A stretch of 64,000 nucleotides of DNA from Burkholderiales bacterium (GTDB taxonomy: Bacteria > Pseudomonadota > Gammaproteobacteria > Burkholderiales > Casimicrobiaceae), in contig JANXUB010000222.1 of NCBI GenBank assembly GCA_025352105.1, positions 38,542 through 102,541 on the forward strand. The letters are read 5' to 3'. The position numbers and the translations under genes were made by a program. The notes under the pieces were generated by a model. The model made no database searches, was not told the DNA's origin, and saw only the letters and a list, made by a program, of their open reading frames with translations. Each line of letters begins with the position of its first letter. Positions within the stretch are counted from its first letter, which is position 1. This document shows, one piece after another, positions 1 through 9,394 of the stretch.

Positions 1-8
1 CTGATCGG

Positions 9-194
9 CTAAATCTCGACCATCTCAAAGTCGTCTTTACGCGCGCCGCATTCAGGGCAGGTCCAGTTCATGGGCACATCGTCCCATTCGGTGCCAGCCT
101 TGATATTGTCCTCGGGCCAGCCAGTCTCCTCGTCGTAGATCCAGCCGCAAATCAGGCACATGTACTTTTTCATATAAATCTCGTCGCGCTTCAA
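9..194 (-). CDS. rubredoxin
   Basis: 61 aa with two CxxCG knuckles ([16 protein letters not shown]) and a conserved aromatic core typical of rubredoxin. Confidence 0.9.
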   Translation of the reverse strand: MKRDEIYMKKYMCLICGWIYDEETGWPEDNIKAGTEWDDVPMNWTCPECGARKDDFEMVEI

Positions 195-272
195 GCTTTA
201 AGACCGCGAGATTGTAGGTGAACCAGTTGCGCTCATTAGAATCCAACATTGACTAAGATAACAACGACATAG

Positions 273-2036
273 GTGAGCCTGGTGGAAATCGCTGAGGACA
301 AGACGCAAACCGTGCCAGAAGCGATGCTCGCCGCCAGGTCAAAACTCGGGCAGATTTTGCTCTCGCGCGGCAAAATCGAAGCAGCCGAGCTTGATCGCAT
401 ACTCCGATTGCAGGCTGCGTCAACGCGCCCGGACAAGCTGGGAAATTTGCTGACGACGCTGGGCGTCGTTTCAGCCCGTGATGTATCGCAGGCGCTCGCG
501 TTTCAGGCCAATCTTCCGTATGTGGAAGCATCCGCATTCCCCGATATTCCGATACTCGAAGAACGTATTTCTGCACGCTTTCTGCGCGATTCGCGAGCCC
601 TGCCTATCGAGGAGGACGAAGACACGCTTACTCTCGCGGTGGCAGATCCGAACGACGAATATGTTCGCCATTCGTTTGAGCTGGTCACGAACCGGAAGGT
701 CCACCGAGTGATCGCCATTGGCACCGAAATAGACGGTGCGATCGAGCGCCTTTATGGCGGTGGGCGCAGCGCAGCCTCGCAGTTGACGGGCGGTGATCTC
801 GATCTTGAGGCCCGCATCGACGCGGATGCGCTTGGTGATGACGTCCAGCAGTTGAAAGATCTGGCCTCCGAAGCCCCGGTGATCCGGTTGGTGAGCCTCT
901 TGATTACCAACGCGCTCGAAGCCCGAGCTTCGGACATTCATATCGAACCGTTTGAGAATCGTCTGGTGATTCGCAACCGCATCGATGGCGTCTTGCACGA
1001 AATCGAATCGCCACCCAAGCGCCTCGCCGCCGCCGTGATTTCGCGCATCAAGATCATGGCCAATCTCGACATCGCCGAGCGCCGCTTGCCGCAGGACGGG
1101 CGTATCCGCTTGCGCATTCAGGGCAAGGACATCGACCTTCGCGTCTCCACCGTGCCGACCATGCACGGCGAAAGTGTTGTGATGCGTATTCTGGACAAGA
1201 GTGGCGTCCAGCTTAACTTCGAGAAGCTCGGTTTCGCGCCGGACATCCTCGCCAAATTCAAGGAAGCGCTGGCGCAACCCAACGGCATTTTGCTCGTTAC
1301 CGGCCCGACCGGTAGCGGCAAAACGACGACGCTCTACACCGCGCTCGACGAGCTCAATCAGCCCGACGTGAAAATTCTGACGGTGGAGGATCCGGTCGAG
1401 TATCAGATGGCGGGTATCAACCAGATTCAGGTCAAGCCGCAGATCGATCTGACGTTTGCCAGCGCGCTGCGCTCCATCGTGCGGCAAGACCCCGACATCA
1501 TCATGATCGGTGAGATTCGCGATCTTGAAACCGCCGAAATCGCCGTGCAAGCCGCGCTGACGGGCCATCTCGTGCTGTCCACGTTGCACACGAACGACGC
1601 GCCTGCGACGGTCAGTCGCTTGATGGACATGGGCGTCGATGACTACCTGCTCACGAGCACGCTGGTCGGTGTATTGGCGCAGCGCCTGGTACGCACGCTG
1701 TGTACGCATTGCCGTGAGCCGCACACGCTTGAGGCCGATGTGGCGCGTGAGATCGGCCTGCCGCGCGTCGGCGCGCCCGAGCGCCCCACGATTTACAAGG
1801 CCGTTGGCTGCAAAGAGTGCAGCGGCACCGGTTTCACGGGCCGTATGTGTATCGCCGAGATGATGCCGTTGTCAGAGCCGATTCGTCGCCTCATCATGCA
1901 AAAGGCGAACGCCAGCGATTTGCGCCGTGAAGCGCTCGCTGAGGGCATGTTGCCGATGTATGACGATGGCCTGCGCAAAGTCCTGGCGGGCACGACGACC
2001 CTCGAAGAAGTGCTTCGCGCGACCCGCGAAGGCTAG
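273..2036 (+). CDS. gspE: type II secretion system ATPase GspE
   Basis: 587 aa; Walker A GPTGSGKTTT, tetracysteine CTHC...CKECSGTGFTGR, GspE/PulE-like N-terminal domain; GTG start (alternative ATG at 324). Confidence 0.93.
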   Translation: MSLVEIAEDKTQTVPEAMLAARSKLGQILLSRGKIEAAELDRILRLQAASTRPDKLGNLLTTLGVVSARDVSQALAFQANLPYVEASAFPDIPILEERISARFLRDSRALPIEEDEDTLTLAVADPNDEYVRHSFELVTNRKVHRVIAIGTEIDGAIERLYGGGRSAASQLTGGDLDLEARIDADALGDDVQQLKDLASEAPVIRLVSLLITNALEARASDIHIEPFENRLVIRNRIDGVLHEIESPPKRLAAAVISRIKIMANLDIAERRLPQDGRIRLRIQGKDIDLRVSTVPTMHGESVVMRILDKSGVQLNFEKLGFAPDILAKFKEALAQPNGILLVTGPTGSGKTTTLYTALDELNQPDVKILTVEDPVEYQMAGINQIQVKPQIDLTFASALRSIVRQDPDIIMIGEIRDLETAEIAVQAALTGHLVLSTLHTNDAPATVSRLMDMGVDDYLLTSTLVGVLAQRLVRTLCTHCREPHTLEADVAREIGLPRVGAPERPTIYKAVGCKECSGTGFTGRMCIAEMMPLSEPIRRLIMQKANASDLRREALAEGMLPMYDDGLRKVLAGTTTLEEVLRATREG

Positions 2037-2047
2037 GCCAGACTCTT

Positions 2048-3283
2048 ATGGCGCTCTTTGCATTCGATGCCGTTCGACAATCCGGTGACCCGGTCTCAGC
2101 CCAGCTGGAAGCGGCTTCTGAGGCGGAGGCCGTCGAGCGCGTGCGCGAGCAGGGGCTCATCCTGCTGCGCATTCAGACCGCTGCGGCTGCTGCGATTACG
2201 TCTCATGAGAAAAAGCTGGGCACGTTTGCGCGGCTCTTCGCTCCGCGCAAGGTCACTCGCGATCAGGTCGTCGCGTTCACGCGTGATCTGGCCAATTTGA
2301 TCTCGGCGGGTTTGCCGCTGGATCGTGCTTTTGAACTGCTGGTGGGCCTTGCTGATTCAGGGCCACAAGCCGCGCTGTTACAGGATTTGCGCGATCGGGT
2401 GCGCGGCGGACAGGCGCTGTCGCAGGCGCTCACCGAGCACCCGAAGGAGTTTGACCGGCTCTTTGTGAACATGGTGCGTGCCGGTGAGGCGAGCGGCACC
2501 CTCGGGCCGGTGCTTGAGCGTATTTCCGAGTTTCAGGAACGGAGCGCCGAGTTGCGCTCCAGCGTGCAGTCCGCCTTGCTCTACCCGATTGTGCTCGTCG
2601 CCGTGGCGATTGTTGCGGTGCTGACGATGATCTTTTTCGTGGTGCCGAAGTTCGAAACGACGTTTCGCCAATTCGGCAAGGCGCTGCCGCCTGCGACCGA
2701 AAATCTGCTCGCGATTTCGCACTGGTTTCGCGAGGATGGCTGGATGGTTTTGATTGCGGCTGCGGCGCTCTTCATCCTGATTCGTGGCCGTTTGCGCACG
2801 CCGGTCGGGCGGCTCAACTGGGATCGGCGCAAGCTGACTTTGCCGATTCTGGGCGATCTCTTCGCCAAAATTGAGGTAGCACGTTTGGCCCGTACTTTGG
2901 GTACGCTGTTGGGCAATGGGGTGAGCCTGTTGCCAGCGCTCACTATCGTCAAGGACACCGTGGATAATCGCGCGCTGGCCAATTCGCTGGAGGGCGTTCT
3001 GGTGCGTCTGAAGGCAGGGCAGGGCTTCGCGCGGCCCTTGATGGAGACGGGACTCTATCCCAAGCTCGCGGTTCACATGGTCGCCGTGGGCGAGGAAACC
3101 GGGAAGCTCGACTCAATGCTGCTCAAAGTGGCCGAGGTGTACGACGTTGAGGTCAACACCACGCTCAAACGCGCGCTGGGCCTCCTGGAGCCGGTGTTGA
3201 TCCTGACGCTCGCGGTGGTTGTTGGCGGCATTATTTTCGCCTTGATGAGCGCATTGCTGGGGCTCACGGAATTTAATGTGTAG
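2048..3283 (+). CDS. gspF: type II secretion system inner-membrane platform protein GspF
   Basis: 411 aa, duplicated GspF domain with three TM segments, immediately downstream of gspE. Confidence 0.9.
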   Translation: MALFAFDAVRQSGDPVSAQLEAASEAEAVERVREQGLILLRIQTAAAAAITSHEKKLGTFARLFAPRKVTRDQVVAFTRDLANLISAGLPLDRAFELLVGLADSGPQAALLQDLRDRVRGGQALSQALTEHPKEFDRLFVNMVRAGEASGTLGPVLERISEFQERSAELRSSVQSALLYPIVLVAVAIVAVLTMIFFVVPKFETTFRQFGKALPPATENLLAISHWFREDGWMVLIAAAALFILIRGRLRTPVGRLNWDRRKLTLPILGDLFAKIEVARLARTLGTLLGNGVSLLPALTIVKDTVDNRALANSLEGVLVRLKAGQGFARPLMETGLYPKLAVHMVAVGEETGKLDSMLLKVAEVYDVEVNTTLKRALGLLEPVLILTLAVVVGGIIFALMSALLGLTEFNV

Positions 3284-3313
3284 GCGGCGGTCGTATGAAA
3301 GCCCCCGATATTT

Positions 3314-3438
3314 TTGACAACTTTTTCATGAAATGGCCACTGCATTAGGGCTAGAGGCCGATTGTTTTATGAGTCGACTATGCGACAAAAGGCCCTTCAG
3401 CCCCACTAAAATGGCGCATTGATTGAAAAGCTATTAAT
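3314..3438 (+). repeat. copy 1 of ~125-bp nested-palindrome intergenic element
   Basis: ttgacaactttttc...gggctagagg...gagtcgacta...cagcccc actaaaatggcgc...gaaaagctattaat; same block order and spacing as the six other copies. Confidence 0.7.
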
Positions 3439-3500
3439 ACGACGCCGCCGCCCAATGCCCGAAAATCGAAGGGCGGTGACGGCGATTTGAAGAGAAAACT

Positions 3501-3950
3501 ATGAAAACGAAATTTATGACTCGCCAACCTCAAAGCACGCAAAGCAGGCAACGCGGCTTCACGCTCATGGAGCTTCTGGCTGTGATCGTGATCATCGGCG
3601 TGCTCATGGCCACCATCGGCAGCCGCTTTATGGGGCAATCTGAGAAAGCCAAAGCGAACGCAGCCAAGATCGAAATGGGTCAAATGCTGCAATCGCTCGA
3701 CCTGTTCAAGCTTGAAGTTGGCCGTTATCCCAGCTCGCAGGAAGGCCTCGACGGATTGTTGAAAAACCCCGGTAATTTGCCCAACTGGAGCGGCCCGTAC
3801 CTGCGCAAGGACAACATCAAGGACCCGTGGGGTAACGATTACAAATACTCGTCCCCTGGCCCCACCAACACGCCGTTTGAAATCAAATCGCTGGGCGCCG
3901 ATGGCAAAGAAGGTGGCGACGGCGAAAACGCTGACATCACCAAGAGCTAG
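3501..3950 (+). CDS. gspG: type II secretion major pseudopilin GspG
   Basis: prepilin leader and cleavage motif QRGFTLMELLAVIVIIGVL, conserved GspG C-terminal region (DPWGNDY, GADGKEGG). Confidence 0.92.
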   Translation: MKTKFMTRQPQSTQSRQRGFTLMELLAVIVIIGVLMATIGSRFMGQSEKAKANAAKIEMGQMLQSLDLFKLEVGRYPSSQEGLDGLLKNPGNLPNWSGPYLRKDNIKDPWGNDYKYSSPGPTNTPFEIKSLGADGKEGGDGENADITKS

Positions 3951-3986
3951 CGTTCGCTCAGCTCAATTTCGTCTGAAGCCCTGATC

Positions 3987-4487
3987 ATGCAGACCCCCAA
4001 CGCCGCCCCGACGCGCGCGCGGACGCTGGGGCACGTCGCTCATCCCGTTCGCGCGGCAGGCTTTACGATGCTCGAATTGCTGGTGGTCATCGTGATCATC
4101 GGTGTGCTCGCCGCGCTATCGCCGCCCATGTTCTCCTCTGGCGTCACCTCCGCCGAGCATCGCGCCGTCGCGCGGGCCATCGCACAGGAGTTGCGTTTTG
4201 CGCGAAGCGAGGCGATTGCCAGCCGCAAAGACGTCGGTGTGGAGTTCAATCTGGCTGACCGAACTTATCAATTGCCCGGTGGCAAGCGTCGCGGCAAATG
4301 GCCCGAAGGCGTCGCACTTGAATTAACGACGACGGCCGCTGAAACGCTCGACGAGAAGCATGCGTCAGTCCGCTTCTACGCCGACGGTGGCTCCACCGGC
4401 GGGCGCGTGACGCTCAAGTTCAAGGAGCGCGAATTTCGTATTGACATTGGCTGGCTTACCGGCCGCATTGCGATTGAAGAAGCATGA
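3987..4487 (+). CDS. gspH: type II secretion minor pseudopilin GspH
   Basis: prepilin motif AGFTMLELLVVIVIIGVL; position after gspG. Confidence 0.75.
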   Translation: MQTPNAAPTRARTLGHVAHPVRAAGFTMLELLVVIVIIGVLAALSPPMFSSGVTSAEHRAVARAIAQELRFARSEAIASRKDVGVEFNLADRTYQLPGGKRRGKWPEGVALELTTTAAETLDEKHASVRFYADGGSTGGRVTLKFKEREFRIDIGWLTGRIAIEEA

Positions 4488-4915
4488 TGGCGCGACGCCC
4501 ACACTGCCCCCAGCGCGGCTTCACGCTGCTTGAAGTCATCGTTGCTGTGGTGATCGCAGCGCTTTGTCTATCGGCGTTGTCGCAGGTGTTTGCGACGGGC
4601 GTGCGCTCGGCGTCCGCGTCGAGCGACTACGTGAGGGCGATGACCTTGGCGCAGGGCTTGCTCGCTGGCGCAGGCATCGAAAAAGCCTTGTCCGACGGTA
4701 GCGAATCCGGGGTATCGAGCGATGGTCGATTGCAATGGTCGTTAATCGTCGCACCGGAGCCAGTGGAAGAAGGCGACGCACTCGTAAAGCCTACGCTGGA
4801 ACTGAAGCGCCTCGTCGCCCGCGTCGCCGTGAGCAATCCCGGTGATCTACCCGGAACCAAACAGCGCAACGTTGAACTCACCACGCTGCTCGTCGTGCCG
4901 CGTTTGCTTCCGTGA
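4484..4915 (+). CDS. gspI: type II secretion minor pseudopilin GspI
   Basis: prepilin motif QRGFTLLEVIVAVVI; ATGA overlap with gspH. Confidence 0.75.
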   Translation: MMARRPHCPQRGFTLLEVIVAVVIAALCLSALSQVFATGVRSASASSDYVRAMTLAQGLLAGAGIEKALSDGSESGVSSDGRLQWSLIVAPEPVEEGDALVKPTLELKRLVARVAVSNPGDLPGTKQRNVELTTLLVVPRLLP

Positions 4916-5631
4916 ACGCTGGTCGACCCCTGCCACAACGCGCCGCTGCCGCACAACGCGGCTTCACACTAATCGAGCTGATCGCGGCGATCACGCTGCT
5001 CGCCGTTTTGACCACCATTCTTATGGGCACGGTGCGTGGTGCTGAGCGGAGCACGAGCGCCGCCAATGATGCGGTGGAGCGCACTGAGCAATATGCTCGT
5101 ACGCACGCTTTTCTGCGTGAACATATTTCTGGTGTATTGCCGATGCGCTGGAGGCGTGAAGTCTCGCAGCCGCTCAAATTCAGCGGCAAGCAAACAAGCC
5201 TCACCTACTTTGCGCCGGTGACTTCGCAGATCGCCGAGGGCGGCGTGATGTGGTGGCAGTTAGCTGTCGCAAAGTCGACGCAGAAAAGCCAGCTCGTAAT
5301 GCGTCGTCAAGCCGCTGACCCCGAAGAAAAGGCGGTTCCTGATATTTCCGCTGCCGAGCAGCCCATCGTGCTCGCTGACAACATCGAAGCGCTGTCGATC
5401 TCGTACTTCGATGCGGGTTACGACCCCTTGACCAACCCCGACTCGGGCAATTGGGTCGACTCGTGGGACGAGAACTCGCGCATGCCATCAATCATCGCTA
5501 TTCGCGTTACCGAAACAGGCGGCAAGCGTTGGCCTGATCTCTACGTTCCCGTGAAGCTGTCGCAGGCGCTAGGCTGCAATTTTGACTATCAACGCCAGCG
5601 CTGCATCATTCAGAGCACAGTAAATCGATGA
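4912..5631 (+). CDS. gspJ: type II secretion minor pseudopilin GspJ
   Basis: prepilin motif QRGFTLIELIAAITLL; GTGA overlap with gspI; size and position. Confidence 0.75.
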   Translation: MNAGRPLPQRAAAAQRGFTLIELIAAITLLAVLTTILMGTVRGAERSTSAANDAVERTEQYARTHAFLREHISGVLPMRWRREVSQPLKFSGKQTSLTYFAPVTSQIAEGGVMWWQLAVAKSTQKSQLVMRRQAADPEEKAVPDISAAEQPIVLADNIEALSISYFDAGYDPLTNPDSGNWVDSWDENSRMPSIIAIRVTETGGKRWPDLYVPVKLSQALGCNFDYQRQRCIIQSTVNR

Positions 5632-6617
5632 CGGCCAAACTTAAGCGTTACCGACGTGTGCAAAAGCAAAAGGGTATTGCGCTCATCATGGTGCTCGGGC
5701 TGGTGATATTTCTCACCGTGATCGCACTCTCGTTTTCCGATTCGCAGCGCGTGAGCACGCAGGTCACGAGCAACGCGCTGGCGTCGGCCAGCGCACAGGC
5801 GGCGGCCGACGGCGCGGTCAATCGTATGGTGTTTGAGTTGTCGCGCCCACGCTCAGCCGATGCCCAGAGCGCGCTCGCGCAGTGGAAAATTGACGGCGTT
5901 GTTCATCAATGGGCCGAAAACGGCTCGCAGATTGCGGTTTCCGCTAAAAGTGAGACTGCTAAAATCGATTTGAACTTTGCGTCTGAGCCTCTGCTCAAAC
6001 GGGTGTTCACGTCGGTTGGGGCAACAGAAGAAGAAGCGGACGCCATTGTTGCGTGCATCAAAGACTGGACGGACGCCGACAACCTTAAACGGCCCAATGG
6101 AGCCGAGGCCGACGACTACCGTGCCGCTGGCAGAAAGGTTTTACCTGCCAATGATTTTTTCATCGCGATCGAGGAACTTCAAAACGTGATCGGCATCAGC
6201 CCGAAAATTTATAACGCGGTGGCCCCCCTGCTAACGGTGCAATCGCGCTCGCCAGGGATTGATCCGCAAACAGCATCATTAACGGTGCTGAGTCTGGTGC
6301 CCAATATCGACGTCGCGCAAGCGCAGACATGGGTTGCGGCGCGCGATCAAGCGTTGCTTGAAGGGCAACCGGTGCCGCCGCTTCCGTTCAGCAGTCCTTA
6401 TTTCGCCTCTGGCACCAACGCGGTTCGGATTCGTGCGGATGTCGTCACACCTTCGGGGGTGCGCGCCTCTCGTGAGGCCAGCGTTCGTGTGGGTGGCGCC
6501 CCTCGCGGTCGACCACAATATTTTTTGTGGCAACCGGGCTTTGCCACGGATGCTCCCGCCAACATGACACCCAACCTGCCGAACCCAGCGGGCACAGCGG
6601 GGCGCGTCAATGGCTGA
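5628..6617 (+). CDS. gspK: type II secretion minor pseudopilin GspK
   Basis: 329 aa, N-terminal QKGIALIMVLGLVIFLTVIA hydrophobic segment typical of GspK; ATGA overlap with gspJ. Confidence 0.75.
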   Translation: MTAKLKRYRRVQKQKGIALIMVLGLVIFLTVIALSFSDSQRVSTQVTSNALASASAQAAADGAVNRMVFELSRPRSADAQSALAQWKIDGVVHQWAENGSQIAVSAKSETAKIDLNFASEPLLKRVFTSVGATEEEADAIVACIKDWTDADNLKRPNGAEADDYRAAGRKVLPANDFFIAIEELQNVIGISPKIYNAVAPLLTVQSRSPGIDPQTASLTVLSLVPNIDVAQAQTWVAARDQALLEGQPVPPLPFSSPYFASGTNAVRIRADVVTPSGVRASREASVRVGGAPRGRPQYFLWQPGFATDAPANMTPNLPNPAGTAGRVNG

Positions 6618-7983
6618 TACGAATTCGTCGCAATCGACCGCCAGCCAACAGTGGGATGAATTTCTCGGCTGGTGGAAGCAGCAGTTGTGGGAATGCATTC
6701 CCGCGAGCTGGCGCGCGAAGTCTACTCAGGCGCGCCGCCCCGCGATGTGGGCGCCGGCGACTGATCAGGTCTGGGCCGCTGGCGCATCCGCGCTGGATTC
6801 ACAAATTTTTACGCGTTCTGCGCTTGCGCAACGTGGCGGCGCAGTGGCCCTTGTTGCCGGCGACGCCAACGGGTTTCGCCGCGTGGTCGAGCTACCCATC
6901 GCCGTATCGGGTCGTCTTCAACAAGTGCTGGGTTTCGAGCTGGACCGGTTGACACCGCTTCGCGCGAGCGATCTGTACTACGATTTTCGGGTGCTTGACC
7001 GTAATGTGACAGCGGGCAATTGTCGAGTCGAGGTGGTCGCCGTCCCCCGTGCACGCGTCGCCCCCTGGCTTGCCGATGCCCAACAAAGAAACCTTCAAGT
7101 CACGCGACTCGTCCTCGCGCCGACGGACATTGATTCGTCGCTGAATCTGCTGACCGCATCGCAGGCTGAGGCCGATACGCCGTCGCGGTTTCGCTGGCTC
7201 AATAAGGCATTGCTCGCGTTGTGCGCGCTGCTCGCGGTTGCTCTGATTGCGTTTCCGCTGTGGCAGATGCGCCAGCAGGTGATTGATCTGATGCCGGTTG
7301 AGGCTACAGCCAAAACTGAAGCCGAAGCCGCGAGCATTTTGCAGAAACAACTGGAGAAGCAGATTGGTGAATACAACCTGCCGCTCGTCCGAAAGCATGG
7401 CGCACCGCTGGTGATTCAGGTGATTGAAGACCTTACCAAACGGCTCCCGGATGACACTTGGGCGACCTCCTTTGAAATAAAAAGTACGCCCGCTCTGAAA
7501 ACTCGCGAAGTTATCGTGCAGGGCGAAACTGGAAGCGGCGGCAAAATTTTGCAGCTGTTTCAAGAGTCACCGCTGTTGAAAGACCCGGTGCTTAAAGCAG
7601 CGATGGTGCGCATGACGAATCCCAGCTCAGAGCGCTTTCATATTGCGGGTGAATTGGTCGCCGCCGAATTGCCGAAGTCCTTGCTGCTGTCGGACGCCTC
7701 GGCTGTGATGACCGTGCCGGGTGTTTCGGTCGTGCCCGCAGCGCCTGCCGGTTCGCCGGCTTCAGCAAAAGCGGCTACCGCCCCTAGCGCGGCTGTAGCA
7801 CCTGCGCCGGGCGCTGCAACACCAGCTGCCGTGACGTCTCCGGTGGCTGCGCCAGCCAATCCCGCTGCTGTGGCGCTGCCGACGAGCGACGGATCACGCA
7901 AAGGTGCGGCAAATTCAACGGCCGCGACAGCCGGTTCTGGCGCTAACGGTGGGCCACCCGCGGCACCGGAGAAACGGCCATGA
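6610..7983 (+). CDS. gspL: GspL-like type II secretion assembly protein (single TM, PilN-like periplasmic domain, Ala/Pro-rich tail)
   Basis: position between gspK and gspM, central TM (ALLALCALLAVALIAFPLW); assignment is mainly positional. Confidence 0.6.
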   Translation: MADTNSSQSTASQQWDEFLGWWKQQLWECIPASWRAKSTQARRPAMWAPATDQVWAAGASALDSQIFTRSALAQRGGAVALVAGDANGFRRVVELPIAVSGRLQQVLGFELDRLTPLRASDLYYDFRVLDRNVTAGNCRVEVVAVPRARVAPWLADAQQRNLQVTRLVLAPTDIDSSLNLLTASQAEADTPSRFRWLNKALLALCALLAVALIAFPLWQMRQQVIDLMPVEATAKTEAEAASILQKQLEKQIGEYNLPLVRKHGAPLVIQVIEDLTKRLPDDTWATSFEIKSTPALKTREVIVQGETGSGGKILQLFQESPLLKDPVLKAAMVRMTNPSSERFHIAGELVAAELPKSLLLSDASAVMTVPGVSVVPAAPAGSPASAKAATAPSAAVAPAPGAATPAAVTSPVAAPANPAAVALPTSDGSRKGAANSTAATAGSGANGGPPAAPEKRP

Positions 7984-8630
7984 ATTGGCCCACTGGTTTA
8001 CGCGGTCGGCTGCTAGCCGTCGGATTATTGTTGCTCGCGACGTGCGCCGTCATCGCCGCGGTTGCGATTCCATCGTATGTGCTCTATCACCGCTATGACG
8101 ACACCATCACGCAGGCGCAGGAACGCATTGATCGTTATCGCCGCGTGTCTTCGCAGCGACCGGAGTATCAGCGCGCACTTGACCTGCTTAAGGCCCGCGA
8201 AAGTGCCCGGTTCTTCCTCAAAAACACCACACCCAATCTGGGCGGAGCCGAGCTGACCGATCTGGTGCGCCAGATTGTCGAAACCAACGGTTCGCGATTG
8301 GCCTCGATACAGGCGGCGACGGTTAAGGATGAAGGCGGTTTTCGCATCTATTCGTTGAATATTGGCTTCAACGCCACACCTGCATCGCTGCAAAAAGTGC
8401 TGTACGCCATCGAGACGTCGATTCCCTACTTGTTTATCGACAGCACGACGATCCGTGCGACGGTACCGCGTGGTTACAAGCCGCCGCCGAATCAGGAGCC
8501 GGAAGTTTCAACGACGATGGAAGTTCAGGCCTACGGCCCGAAAGACGTCACGCGTAACCCTCGCGCCCCGGCAGCCGCTGGCGGTGGCGCTAACAGCGTG
8601 GGTGCTGCCGCTCCCGGAGGCAAGGGATGA
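7980..8630 (+). CDS. gspM: type II secretion protein GspM
   Basis: 216 aa, N-terminal TM, GspM-like periplasmic domain; ATGA overlap with the upstream gene. Confidence 0.7.
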   Translation: MNWPTGLRGRLLAVGLLLLATCAVIAAVAIPSYVLYHRYDDTITQAQERIDRYRRVSSQRPEYQRALDLLKARESARFFLKNTTPNLGGAELTDLVRQIVETNGSRLASIQAATVKDEGGFRIYSLNIGFNATPASLQKVLYAIETSIPYLFIDSTTIRATVPRGYKPPPNQEPEVSTTMEVQAYGPKDVTRNPRAPAAAGGGANSVGAAAPGGKG

Positions 8631-9385
8631 GCTCACTCTTCACGCTTCGGAACAGCTTGATTGCACTCGCAGTTGCACTCGCAGCCGCGCTTGGATTCGA
8701 GACGGATTGGGGTTCAGCGCTCACCGCGTCGCCCCCCCCTTCGCGATCAGTCACGGGCAAGCACGACAACGCTGCTGTACTGCCGGATTTCCGCCTCAGT
8801 TCGGAGGCGACAAACTACGCGCAGATATCTGAGAGGCCATTGCTCAACCCAACGCGTAAACCCGCGCCAACCCAATTGGTAGTTGCGGCGACAGAACCCC
8901 CTAAGCCTCAAGTGCGGCGCGGCCTCTACCAATTGATCGGCGTCATGGATTTGGGAACCGTCAAAGTAGCGCAGGTCCGAGAAATTGCCTCGAATCGAAC
9001 CAAGAGTATTCGTGAAGGCGATGCGCTTCAGGAAATGACCGTCAAAAAAGTTGATGCGACGCAGGTCACACTTGCGTTTCAGGGCGAAACCGACGTGCTC
9101 GAACTTGCCAAGTTCACGGCCTCGGGTCGCGTGCCGCAACCCGTCGCGCCGCCACCCCCGCCACCGCAACCAGTCACGCAGGCGCAGCCTGCCGCACCTG
9201 CGGCAGCGGCAGTGCAACCACCCCCCCCGACAGCGGCGGTACAACCTTCAGTTCCAGGCCCACGCATATACCCCAACGGCTTGGTCGAAGTGACGCCGCA
9301 ATCAAGCGAACCGCGACAGGTCATGAATGTGGTGGAAATGCTTGAGCGTCGTCGCCTTGCCCGGCAGCAGGCCGGCGGCCAATAG
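8627..9385 (+). CDS. GspC/XpsN-like type II secretion protein (Pro-rich)
   Basis: N-terminal TM, ERPLLNPTRKP motif, small beta domain then Pro-rich tail; occupies the XpsN slot between gspM and gspD. Confidence 0.5.
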   Translation: MSSLFTLRNSLIALAVALAAALGFETDWGSALTASPPPSRSVTGKHDNAAVLPDFRLSSEATNYAQISERPLLNPTRKPAPTQLVVAATEPPKPQVRRGLYQLIGVMDLGTVKVAQVREIASNRTKSIREGDALQEMTVKKVDATQVTLAFQGETDVLELAKFTASGRVPQPVAPPPPPPQPVTQAQPAAPAAAAVQPPPPTAAVQPSVPGPRIYPNGLVEVTPQSSEPRQVMNVVEMLERRRLARQQAGGQ

Positions 9386-9394
9386 GATATTGAG

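Noticed and set aside
471-1724. 417-aa ORF antisense to gspE
   Set aside because: It lies entirely within the well-supported gspE gene on the opposite strand, has Arg-rich composition and no motifs. This is a typical shadow ORF in GC-rich DNA.
7650-7983. Recurrent Ala/Pro/Gly-rich tails (GspL, GspM, N/C-like protein, RND adaptor 35846-35990, kinase 18650-19100, DUF4124 41330-41420) as a shared functional motif or repeat family
   Set aside because: I saw no nucleotide-level similarity between them. They are most simply explained as low-complexity linkers favoured by GC-rich codon composition in envelope proteins.
8732-9228. Two C8 homopolymer tracts (8732-8739 and 9221-9228) inside the GspC/XpsN-like gene as possible phase-variation switches
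   Set aside because: Both simply encode Pro runs in a Pro-rich protein. A rough expectation for 8-nt C or G runs in 64 kb of this composition is a few by chance, so there is no real enrichment. Worth checking only if read-level length variation is seen.
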